Source of the DNA: Callorhinchus milii
Taxonomy: Eukaryota
NCBI RefSeq assembly: GCF_018977255.1
Contig: NW_024704742.1
Location: 132,992,001-133,056,000, forward strand
Length of the DNA: 64,000 bases
Direction of reading: 5' to 3'
Shown here: one piece after another, positions 39,911 through 51,342 of the stretch
Position numbering within the stretch: position 1 is the first letter of the stretch
How the letters are laid out: the number at the start of each line of letters is the position of its first letter
Translations under genes and position numbers: made by a program
Notes under the pieces: generated by a model
What the model was told of the DNA's origin: nothing
Database searches by the model: none
What the model saw: the letters and a program-made list of their open reading frames with translations, nothing else

Positions 39911-41439
39911 TAGATGTAAGTTGTTGTTGTAAATCCCGTGAGGCGCTTTGAGACATTTCAGCGATATCAAATACGGGGATTATTATTACAATTATAATAG
40001 AGACATTTCAGCTTCACTAGTACAGCCAAAATGTTCCCTCCAACGTTGCGTCCCTCATGAGAATTAAATCTTTCACTTTTTTGTCTTGCTGCGTTTTTGC
40101 CTGACAAGTTCACCTTCAAGTCTGCCCTGCTGTGGGCCATCTTCTGCCTTTCCCAGTCTCCCTTTGTTCTCCGAACCTTTTGACTTCGCCTCAGATCTTT
40201 CTGCGCGGAGTTGATCTCTGAGCTCAGATTCAGCCCTGCTGAAAGGCTGCTGGAGAGCTGGCTGTCAATTCAATGCACAGACTGGGCTACTCTTGTGTGT
40301 GTGTGTTTGGCAGTGCTGAATCCTCATTAATGCTGTCGTCTGATGCGAGATGAATACAGAACCGTAATGTGGAGCGGGATTTGTATAACATCAGTGGGCA
40401 TGCGGAAAGGGGAGGGAGGAAGGCAGAGAGGAGAGGAGAGGACAGGAAAGGAGACTGCCAATTCTTCCAAACTTTCTCAAAAGAGTAATTGCTTATATCA
40501 GGCAGGCTGCCTATATACAGAAGATTAAGCCACAAATTATAATCACAAAGTTTGCAATAACATGGTGGACCTTTCAATCCATCATTGCATGACGCTAGCT
40601 CCCCCACGTTCTCCTCCCCATTACCTTCAGCATTATTTTTTCCTCAATTAATTATCCAATTCCTTTTTAGGAGCTGTTATGGACTCAGTTTCAGCAGCCA
40701 TTTGTGTCAAGGCATTTGACAATCTACCAACTCCATTGTTTGTAAAGAAATTTCTTATAATTTTCTCCTGCTCTGTTTTGCGTCTCGCCCTGACTAAATC
40801 TGATTCAGAAGCTTGTGGGTTCAAGCCACATGTCAGGACTTTCAACTCACATTGTCCAGGCTCCAATATAGCGTTGTGGGGAGGACTGTGCCGTCCTTCG
40901 CGTGAGGCTTTAAACCTATTCAGGTGGTTATTAAAGATCCCACGACACTTTTTTTGAAAAGATAGGTGAGTTTGTGTCCTTGTCAACAATCCTCTTGATG
41001 AATTTGGTCTTTCATGGCTGTTTGCAGGACATTGCTTCAGAGGCAACAGTGCTACCAACTGAGCCAAGCTGACACCCCCTTTTCTGTTCGTTCTTCAGCT
41101 TCACAGCTAAGACTGAATTCAACTTGTTAAATTCTGGATGCCCTGAAATGCTGCACAAGTGGAGTAAATCTAGACCCAGGTGGAATTTTGGATGCTTAGA
41201 GACAATCTATTCCCCGAAGTTTTACAGTGCCATATTCAATGTATAGTACTACTTGCCTTTAGCTGTGTTGTCTGACATTTATAAAGGCAATGGGAAGTTC
41301 TAGCCGTGTGTAAGTGATATAAAAAGTCGGCCTGGTTCGGCTGGAGCATTGGAGATGAGGAGGAATTGCAACCGAGTTTCTCAAAATTAGTAATGCCTCA
41401 GCCCTGTCCCTACTTTGGCCATCTGGAGATAGAAGGTAA

Positions 41440-41555
41440 AGTGCTGGAAATCTGGTATAAACACAGAAGTCGCTGGGAACTCACAGCAGGTCAGGCAACA
41501 TCCATGGAGAGAGGAAAATGAGTTAACATTTCAGGTCTGTGACCTTTCATTAGAA
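41440..41555 (-). mobile_element. Penelope-type repeat with a decayed hammerhead ribozyme core
   Basis: Same family as 28248-28415. The minus strand reads CTAATGA-A-AGGTC-ACA-GACCT-GAAA-TGTT. Confidence 0.6.
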
Positions 41556-41945
41556 TAGAAGGTTTTGGGATCAAGCCCCACATTAGGACTTGGAGCCCAA
41601 ATAGTCCAGGCTGATACTCCAATACGACGCTGGGGGAGGTGCTATATTGTCGGAGATGCCGACCTTAGGATGAGCTACTTAAACCAAGGACTGGTTTGTC
41701 TCAATTGGATGTTAAAAATCCCATGGCACCACTCAAAAAGAGAAGAGAGTTTCTCTCTTGACCAACAAACCTCTAAATAAAGTTGGCATTCACTTTATGT
41801 TTTTTTTGTGGAACATTGCTGGGTACAAATCAACGGTTGTGTTTGCCCGCAAAGTTACTCCACTTTACAGTAAATCCAACGATGCACTTTGAGTCATCTC
41901 ACGTCAAAATAAGGCACTACATCAAATGCAAAGATTATTATTTTA
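41556..41945 (+). mobile_element. Deu-domain SINE copy
   Basis: B-box GGATCAAGCCCCAC, Deu segment, and tail CATCAAATGCAAAGATTATTA. Confidence 0.75.
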
Positions 41946-42645
41946 AGGCAAAATGGGTCTCACGCGGTAAGACTAGGTGGAATGTTGGGCTTCTGAAGAG
42001 AACATTAAGTGGGTGGAATAAAAATGATCCTATTTATTGGTGCAAGTTATTGTGATAGTTAATCTGAATGATTGTAAAAGTCTTGGCATATGCACAGGAG
42101 AGATTCATGACTCAGACAGAAACGTTAGCTCAGGAGCATTGCACTGACTTAATGAATGAGGAGTGCTGCTGCTTACTGCTCACCAGCCCCATTTAGACTG
42201 TTACCACGCGTTTACGGTGTCAGAGTAGGGAAATTCTACACAATTGGCTGTTTCCAGGCTGCCTCTGGCAAGCCGAGAATCCAGGAACAAGGGGTAGACT
42301 GAGGCACGTCAGTAACCATACAGCTGTTTTCCTGTACAACACTTGTATCTCAGTTTGGAGAAATGCAATTTCCTTTTACCAGTGCAACATTGGGCTACTG
42401 AGTGCTTCTAAGATGTGTGCGCTTATCCGATAGTTGACAAGTGTTGGAAATTGCATATTCTTTCCTCGCCCTAAGTATCTTCAATATTAGCTTGCATATG
42501 CAACACAGCTCTTAAATGTTTAGGCAACTTGTTCCTGATATACCCCCAGACAATGCAATCTCACCGAATACCAAACCACATTTCCAATCTCTATACACTG
42601 TACTTTCAATCCATACCTCTTCTGAGGCTAAGATTAGAAATTCCT

Positions 42646-43020
42646 GGAGTCCTGTAACATATTGGTTACAATACTCGCCTCGCAAGGGAAAGGATCCGGG
42701 TTCGATTCCTGGACAGGGAAAAACCTTAAGCAAGTTTCCTTACTTCACACAACTCTGCTTACCTAGTAGGAGTAAGTAGGAACCTGGTTGTTAGTCGATT
42801 GGCTGATCGCTACTGGAGGTAATAATCCCTGAAACAAAATTGGTCACTCAATCCACGACTGTTTCTGGGACACTGCTGTGCGCAATTGGCTTCCACGTTT
42901 TGACCACAAAAATACAGTCAATCCACATTACAGTATATTCTGTGAAGTGCTTTGAGACTGTGAAGTGATAAGGTGCTACATCAAATGTATGGATTACTAT
43001 AATTTGATAATAATAATAAT
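42646..43020 (+). mobile_element. tRNA-Ala CORE-like SINE, long form
   Basis: GGAGTCCTGTAAC...CTCGCCTCGCAAG...GGGTTCGATTCC head, full body and tail. Confidence 0.88.
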
Positions 43021-44924
43021 CCTTAGACTACGCCTTACTGGGTTAAAACATCTCAAAAAGCTTCACAGATGTTTCTGCAAAATGTATTGACTATATTGAA
43101 GGCAAACCCAGCAGGCAATTTAAGACTCTATATCAAATGCGAAGATTTTTATTTCCCTATAGAGTAACAGGGTGACAGAGCAGGCGATGGAATACATGGG
43201 ACAGACTCCCAGCAGAGTAATTCAATCAGTGATCATTATTTCCTTTAAAGGGAGCTGGGCACATTTCTATTGAGGAATGGGATTGAAGGATTAAAAGTAT
43301 AGACAGAGATAATCAAACGCTCTACGGGGAGGCAGTGGATTCCATGTTGCTAGGACGTGGAAAGGTCATCAGGGTTAAATGATGGGGTCGAAAATGAGCT
43401 GTTCGCAAACCCCAAGTCAATGCAACACGCTGGGTGCAGTCGATGCTTTGTGGTCTGCTAATACCCCCGGCTGCTTGCTTTCATGCTGTCTCTCTCTCTC
43501 TCTCTCTCCAGAAAAGCCCCAAAGTCTGACCAGAAAGTTACAACATGGCAGTCACAAAGCAGCCTTTGGTTTCGGGATCTCAATTTTATTTCAGTGCTTT
43601 TTTTTTTGACTAATCAAGTTTTATTCATTTAAATTTGATTTTTTTTGTTGATTTGCTTTCATTTTGATTTGTTTTATTTTGTTCTGTCTTCATTTTGTTT
43701 CAGTCTAATTTAATTTACTTCCTTTTGATATTAATAATAATAATCCTTGCATTTGATATAGAGCTTTATCAAATCGTTGATAGGTCTCAAAGCACTTCAC
43801 AGAATACATTGTAAAGTGGAGTGACTGTGTATTTTGTGGGCGAAATGTGGCAGCCAATTGCACACAGCAGCGGTCCCACAAACAGTCATGGATTCAGTGA
43901 CGACATTTTTTGTTTTGTGAACACTAATTTTCCGCAAACAGCCATGAAGTGAACGATCCCTAGTCCTCACCCTCACCTATAAGTCCCTTCACAATTTTTT
44001 TTCGTATATAAAATAAAATATTTTATACATGTTCTGGCAATATGGTATATAAATGTAAGTTTTTATTGCTGGCGAGAACAGCAAATAGCGATCGGGTTGA
44101 GCGAGAAGTACCATTTGCTTGTGGCTTTATTCCAGTCTGACCTTTAGCAACTTTCTTAAAAACAAAAGGCTACAACTCATTACAATGTGCTGGTAACTAT
44201 TAACAGAACATCATTTGTTCTGCCAACTATATATTTTGTTTCTATTAATAGTCTGTATGAGCTAAAACAGCGTGGAAACTTTTACACATTGAATAACTGC
44301 AGGAATGGCAGTTGCTTTCTGTGTACAATGACATGATATGGCAAGCTATGGTGGGGAGTGACTGGACTCTAAAAATGAACACAGAAAAGCGTTCTGAACC
44401 TTCATAATCGAAAGGCAATAAAGAACTCTTGCAATTTACATTTATGTAGCACCTTTCATGCCGTCAGGACATCGCAAAGCTTGTTCACAGTGTTGAACAG
44501 GCTCACGAGTTGGGGCAGTGCTTAGGGGAATCATGACTGAAAGCACTAGGCACATTTTTGAGACTTGCCTTGAAAGAGGGGAGGGGGTGAGCGAGTCGGA
44601 GGGACTCTGGGATGGAGTTCTAGAGCACGAGGACAGCATGTCTGAAAGCCTGTCCACCGATGGTGAGGCGGATAGGGCAGGGGACATGAAGCAGGCCGAT
44701 GCTCGCTGAGTGAAGGTAGTGCCTGGGATGATGTGGTTGGAGGAGGTCGCAAAGGTAGAGGCTGTGGAGGGTTAAACTCTAAGGCAGCCAATAAACTCAA
44801 ACAAAGAAAGGGGATAGCAGCCTGAGAAATAAGATCAGTGTCAGTTTTCAACGCAGCAGGATGCCAGCGATTTTACTGTCCCTGGGAGACGACATTTACT
44901 TCTGCTGTCACTTTCCATACGACA

Positions 44925-45765
44925 ACAACAACAACAACAAAATTACATTGATAGAGTGCCTTTCTTGTCGGGAGGACGTCCCAAAGTGCTGGACAGTCAG
45001 GGGTCAGGATCCGAGCATGGGGGAAGGGTGGGGTAGGGGTGAGAGAAGGCAGAGAGGTGGGAGGGCGACCGAAGGCACGATCGAAGAGAAGGATTTTGAG
45101 ACCGGCCTTGAAGGAGGCAAGGAGGAAGTGAGGCGAAGGGACTGTGGGATGGAGTTCCAGAGTGTGGGAGCATAGAGCATGGGGAGCCAGTGGAATCGGG
45201 GGAGGGTGGGAGTGATGGGGTCATGGAGTCTGGTGCTCGAAAGTACACGAGCTGCAGAGTTTTGGATGATCTGCAGCTTGTGAAGGGAAGAGTTGGGAAG
45301 GCCGATGCGGAGAGAGTTTCCATTATCGAACCTTGATGTGACAAATGCGTGGGTGAGGGTTTCGGCAGCCTGAGGGGTGAGGCAGTGGCGGAGTCTGGCA
45401 ATGTTGCGGAGGAGTCCTGTAGCTCAGTTGTTAAAGCACTCGCTTTGCAAGCGAGAGACCTGAGTTCAATCCCAGGCAGAGGGCGAAACCTTGGGCAAGT
45501 TTCCTTACTCCACACAGAGCCTAATAATAATCCCTCCAAAACAAAGAACTGGTCATTTTCAATCCACGACTGTTTGTGGGACATTGCTGTGCACAATTGG
45601 TTGCCGCGTTCGCCCACAAATATACAGTCAATTCACCTTACAGTATATTCTGTGAAGCGCTTTGGGACGTGAAAAGCGCTATATCAAATGCAAGGATTAT
45701 TAGGATTATTAGATGGTGGTAGGCAGTGCCAGTCATGGCGTGGATGTGGGGGAGAAAGTTCAAAC
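44925..45765 (-). mobile_element. L2 LINE 3' fragment interrupted by a SINE
   Basis: (CAA)n tail at ~44925. The minus strand encodes L2 ORF2 motifs (QAAETLTHAFVTSR..LHKLQIIQNSAARVL..HWLP). The L2 resumes after the SINE at ~45712-45765 (LNFLPHIHAMTGTAYHHL). Confidence 0.88.
45412..45711 (+). mobile_element. tRNA-Ala CORE-like SINE, short subfamily
   Basis: Full copy sharing diagnostic GGCAGAGGGCG and CACACAGAGCCTAATAATAATCCCTCC with the copy at 63640. Confidence 0.9.
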
Positions 45766-45914
45766 AAATTTGTTCAGGGTCAAACAAGACACCCAAAGAG
45801 ACAAAGAAAGAGTGAATGAGATTCCTTTATCTGCACATTATTTTTTAAAACCACTAAACCGATGTCAGTACAGACTATATTAATGATAATAATATAATTA
45901 ATAATCCTGCAAGA

Positions 45915-46385
45915 GTGCAAAGGAGGTTTACCAGGATGGTACCAGGAATGAAGGACCTTAGTTATATGGAGAGGTTAGCGAAACTAGGATTATTCTCCCT
46001 AGAGCAGAGAAGATTAAGAGGGGATTTAAAAGAGGTTTTCAAGATCATGAGAGGATTTGATAGATTGAACTGGGAAAATTGGCATGTGGGTCAGTAACCC
46101 GAGTACACCAATTTAAGTTAGTTGTTAAAAGAAACAGAGGGGAGGTTAGGAAACCTTTTTTTCACCCAGCGAGTTGTTCGGATCTGAAATGCATTACCTG
46201 AAAGGGCAGTGGAAGCCGATTGAATAACAACTTTTAAGAGAGGAGTAGATGGGTATTTGGGGAGGACAGGATTGCAGGGCTATGGAGAGAAAGCGGGCCA
46301 GTGGGATTGAGTTGGATTGCTCTTTTCGGAGCTGGCGCAGACACAGAGAGCCGAACGGTCTCTTTCTGTGCTCTGTGATTCTATG
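45915..46385 (+). mobile_element. CR1 LINE 3' fragment
   Basis: [48 protein letters not shown], then a 3'UTR ending TGTGCTCTGTGATTCTATGA. Confidence 0.9.
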
Positions 46386-46689
46386 AATCCTTACATTTTG
46401 TATGGCACTTTTTACATCAGGAAGATGTCTCAAGGAACTTCACGGGATATTACTGTAAAGTGTATTGACTGTGGATTTTGTAGGCAAACGTGGCAGCCAA
46501 TTTGCAGGTGGCAATACCCCACTACAATAACCAATTACATTTGCATTTGTACAGCACTTTTCACGTTGGGAGGATGTCCTAAGGAGGTGGACAGCCCCGG
46601 AGTGAGCAAAAGTTCACCTAGTCTGTTGTGGACCCATGGCCAGGTGAGACACACCTGGCTTCGGCCACTGACCAGTCGACTTCCTGCGG

Positions 46690-46924
46690 CGAAAACATGG
46701 CTGACTTCTGGGCTATCAGGTCGCTGCTGATGTCACGTCCTGCCCGTTGCACGCAAATACGCCATGCACAGAAAGTGCCGCTGACATCACATTTGTGAGG
46801 GAAATGACATCAATGTCACTCTGCGTGCATGCACCCCGCGCAGGAAGTGATGTCATCAACCCTTCCTGAAGCAGAAGAAGTGATGTCAGCAGCGATCTGA
46901 TGACCCGGAAGTCAGCGTTTTTCT
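46690..46924. repeat. Palindromic MITE-like element with multiple TGATGTCA/TGACATCA motifs
   Basis: 37-bp inverted arms at 46700-46736 and 46880-46916 (31/37). Confidence 0.65.
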
Positions 46925-48104
46925 CTGCGCTTCGCCAGAATGCGACTTCTGAGTCACTGTACCTTTACAGTTTATCCCGACAAGAAAGGCACTAAACTAT
47001 ATGTAAGGATTTTTATTTTTATTGGAGCCAGATGACCGCATAGTAACAGTATTGCCCTGAAATAACTTTCTTCTCATAATAACTACACTGCGCTCTCCAT
47101 CGTGTTTAACCTCTAAGATGTTAATATAGTGTACTGTGGGAAAGAGTTGAGTAATAAATCCCTTCTTTTCAATGCTTTCACAGATGAAGCGCATTATGTA
47201 GAGATTCCAAACTGATGAACGGGTCAGACGCTGATCACCAAGAACGCTTATTTGGGGGCAGCGGGAGAGGAGGGGTGGTTTGAGTTGACTTGTTCACTTG
47301 GCGGCTGAGCTTTAAGCAGCTGTCCCTGGAAATCCTTTCCCTCTCCCTCCTCCCCTCTCCCTTCCTTTGGTGCGTAGCACCGTAGAAATCCGCACTACTG
47401 AAGGTCATTCAGCCCATTGTGTCTGTGCCGACTCCCTCTAAAGCAATCCTTTCAGTCCCACTAACCTGCCCTTTCCCCACATCCCTCCGGCTGACTCTTT
47501 AAGGTATCTGTCTCGTTCTCTCTTGAAGGCCAATACAGATTTTTTCTAAACTACTGCTCTATATCCAAACAATAGTATTCCTTGCATTTGATCCAGCTCC
47601 TCGTTACATCATTAAGATGTCTCAAAGTGCTTCACAGGATGTACTGTAAGGTGGTTTGATTGTTGTATTTTGTCAGTGAAACGTGGCGGCCAATTGCAAC
47701 ACCAGTGTTCCACAAACAGTCGCGATATAAGTGCAAGTTGGTGGGTGAGTGAGTGAGTGACTGAGCGCAGTTAAATTTGTCACGGTAATTGCAGTGTACC
47801 TTGAGTATATTGCAGATTATAAACAGGGCATTGATTGACACTTCTTTTTACAGTCTGCTGTTGGAAGTAGAAACTTTATATTAAAGGCAGCACATGTGAG
47901 CTTCACGTGTGGTCTTGGCAGGCAGGGACTAGCCAGCTCCACATCTCTGCTCTTGAACCCCAGTTATCACTATGCTTCTTTGTGTTAATTTTTCAATGTA
48001 ATTTTCATGCTGAATTGACAAGAAAAGAACTTGATACCCGAGCCAAATATTTCAGGAAATCTTGACATTAGCCTGTATTTGTGGCAATGCCAATTTTTTG
48101 ATGA

Positions 48105-48425
48105 ATAATAATAATAATAATCCTCACATTTGGTGCAGCGCCTATCAATTTACGAGGGTGTCTCAAAGCGCTTCATAGGACTTTATTGTGAAATGGAGTG
48201 ACTGTATTTTGTAGGCGAGCGTGGCAATATCCAGCAGTGTCCCACAAACAGTCATGAATTGAATGACCAATTTCTATCTGGGGGAAATTGTTGGCCAGGC
48301 CAGGTCACTGGGAGAAACTCCCTTCTCTTTTCGGAGAGTGTCAAGGGATCTTGAACGTCCACCTTTAAAGAACAGCCAGACAGGACCTTGGTTTCAAGTC
48401 TCATTCAAAGGACGCCGCCACAGAC
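48105..48425 (-). mobile_element. Deu-domain SINE copy (3' part)
   Basis: Reverse-complement tail and Deu segment (GGGATCTTGAACGTCCACC...TCTCATTCAAAGGACG). Confidence 0.75.
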
Positions 48426-50324
48426 AATGAACCTCAGGCACTCACTCACCAACTTATACAGCGTCATCCACATAGGATAAAGTCAGAAAGCACTTGGCAA
48501 TGTTTGAGAGGGACGTTGGGAAGCAGGGAGGGATTATGAGTGGTTTTGATTGAGTCAAAACGGAGAAATTATTTGCGTTGGTCCGTGAGTCTGTAACAAG
48601 AGGGACAACAATTTAAGGCAATTGGCTTGGCTGGCGTGAGAAAGATGGATCGAATAATATGCCTCACTCAGCCTGGTCATTGTTATGCCTCCCCATCCAT
48701 TGCTATTCTGGTTTGCTCACTCAGTCACACAACTGATACATTTATTTAGCGTCTTGGGATGTTCTCCCGACGTGAAAGGTGTTATACAGAGGTTATGTTG
48801 TATTGCATTTGCCAGGCTGTCAGCTATAAGGGGCAGAGTTACACAGAGTGATGCAACACACAAACAGGCTATTTGTCCCGACTAGTCCATGCCGGTGTTT
48901 GTGCGCTGGGTTTCCCTACAAATACCCAATATATCCTACATAATCCTAAATACTGTAATAATAAATTATTTCGCCCAATAATAAAAATATTCATCAAATA
49001 ATAATAAATAATCCTCAATAACGAGCAATCATAAATAATTTCAGCTACAAAATACACGGGCAAATCATTTTACAGAATATCCTGTGAAGTGCTATGAGAC
49101 ATCTCGACCCCGTGATAAGGAGCTATATCAAATGAAGGGTTATTTTTATTATCCTGCACTATGCAGTGTGTCCTATGAAGTGCTTTGAAACATTGCGACA
49201 GTATGATAAGGAGCTATATCAAATGCAAGGATTATTACATCAGAAGCCAGCTCATGTCAAAGTGTGTGTAGTGAGGGCTTAACACATCCACTTTAATATT
49301 CGATGCTAACCCAATCAGACTCCACTCCGCTGTGCTTTCTCCAAAGCTTTTTGACTGTGCTGCTCTCAGTTAACGTGCTGCTAAAAGTAATGATAACAGC
49401 CCCTCTTGTATTTGATAGTGTCTGTAACATCAAAATGCCTCAAAGCGCCTCACAGAAAATCGCTGTATTTTGCAGTAATAATCCTTGCATTTGTTATAGC
49501 GTCTTATCAAGTCGTTGAGACATCTCAAAGTGCTTCACAGAATATATTGTAACGTGGATTGACTGTATTTTGTGGGTGAAATGCGGCAGCCAATTGCACG
49601 CAGCAGTGTCCCACAGACAGTCGAGTATCAAGTGACTAATATTTTTGGGGAGGCAATCTGCCAATGAATAATAATTTTCCACAAACCGCTATGAAGTGAA
49701 TGATCCATAGACCTCACCCTCATCACCTATAAATCTCTTCACAACATCCACAGGATTGGTTTGGATGAGGAAAGTCCTTCAGTTCATCTGATCCCATCCT
49801 CCCAGAACAATCACCATCCCATTTTATGTTGCTTTTGTTGTTCTCTCTCCCCATTCCACCCCAATCACAGTATCAAACAGCTTTTCAAATTAGTCCATTT
49901 TCCTGGCTTCAACCATCCTTCCAGTCATTACCATCTGAGTAAAGAAATACTAGAAATTGCCTTTTGCCCTTCAACCTATGTCCTCTTGTTTTATGCTCTT
50001 GGTTCATTCTAAAGCATTGTTCTAAAAAAGTGTAGTGACTGTGTATGTTGTCGTCGAGCGTGGCAGCCAATATTGTCCTTAAATTGCATTTTTACTTGAA
50101 ATTAAGTTCCTGTTCCAAATCTTTGGCTGTTCAATATATTTTACAAATGAAACATGCTCTTACCAAGAACCAGTGAAATGCTTTGTGGAATGTGAAGTAT
50201 CTGCAAATAGTTACTTGTTCCAGATTAGGAGTGGAGAGCATTGAACACTGAGGCCAATGGTTTCAATGTTATCTTGATCTTTAATATACTGTGTCCTACT
50301 ATGTGCTTTGTTAAAACCTGCTCA

Positions 50325-50434
50325 TCCTTCCTTCCTTCCTTCCTTCCTTCCTTCCTTCCTTCCTTCCTTCCTTCCTTCCTTCCTTCCTTCCTTCCTTCCT
50401 TCCTTCCTTCCTTCCTTCCTTCCTTCCTTCCTTC
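50325..50434 (+). repeat. (TCCT)n microsatellite
   Basis: Perfect tetranucleotide run that gives the SFLP repeat in the ORF track. Confidence 0.98.
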
Positions 50435-50461
50435 TTTTTCTCTCTTTCTCTCTTTCTTTCC

Positions 50462-51342
50462 TTCCGTCTCAAGCTTATCAAGCTACCGGCCCATCTCCAA
50501 CCTCCCCTTTCTCTCCAAGGTCCTGGAAAGAGTTGTCGCCTCCCAACTGCGCTCTTTCCTCTCCACCCATTCTCTTCTCGAACCCCTTCAGTCAGGTTTC
50601 CGTGCTGCCCATAGCACAGAAACTGCCCTGGTCAAGGTCACCAATGATATCCTGACCATCTGTGACCAGGGCTCCCTCTGCCTCCTCGTCCTCCTCGACC
50701 TATCGGCAGCATTCGATACGGTCGACCACGCTATCCTACTCCACCGCTTGTCCTCCCACCTCAACCTTCAAGGCACTGTCCTTGAGTGGTTTAGGTCGTA
50801 CCTTTCTCACCGTCTTCACTTTGTCTCGACGAATGGCTTCTCCTCCACCCCCCGTACTGTCTCATGTGGTGTCCCTCAGGGCTCTGTCCTCGGTCCCCTC
50901 CTCTTCACCCTCTACATGCTCCCCCTTGGTGACATCATCCGCAGACATGGGGTTAACTTCCACATGTATGCGGATGACACCCAACTCTACCTTTCCTCCT
51001 CTACTCTCAACTCCACGACCACCGATGTCCTGACAGCCTGCCTGTCCGACATCGAGTCCTGGACGAGAGACAACTTTCTTCAGCTCAACGTGCGAAAAAC
51101 CGAGGCCCTCCTGACTGGCTCGCGTCAGCGCCTCCGCACCTCAGGCGCCGACACCATCAGCATCCAAGGCTGCACTCTCCACCTCTCAAAGCCGTCAGGA
51201 ACCTCGGGGTTCTGTTCTCCCTCCCTTCCCTCCCCTCCCCCTGACCATTTCCCCCCTGCTCGGGTCATGACCCAACTGTGCAGCGCCTTGGGACATCCTC
51301 CTGACGTGAAAGGCGCTTTATAAATGGAATCTTGTTGTTGTT
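50462..51342 (+). mobile_element. L2-clade LINE fragment: reverse-transcriptase core joined by internal deletion to the 3'UTR
   Basis: [61 protein letters not shown] and LQLN motifs. Frameshift just before AVRNLGVLF, then a jump at ~51217 to the L2 3'UTR and (TTG)n tail. Confidence 0.95.

Noticed and set aside
43511..43568. Coding exon after the (CT)n-CCAG acceptor
   Set aside because: The acceptor is formed by a microsatellite, the downstream donor is weak (GTTTCG), and the peptide is unrecognised.
50241..51323. 360-aa ORF as a host gene or novel RT system
   Set aside because: It consists of microsatellite, L2 RT fragment and 3'UTR read-through, with an internal frameshift relative to L2 ORF2 and no endonuclease domain.
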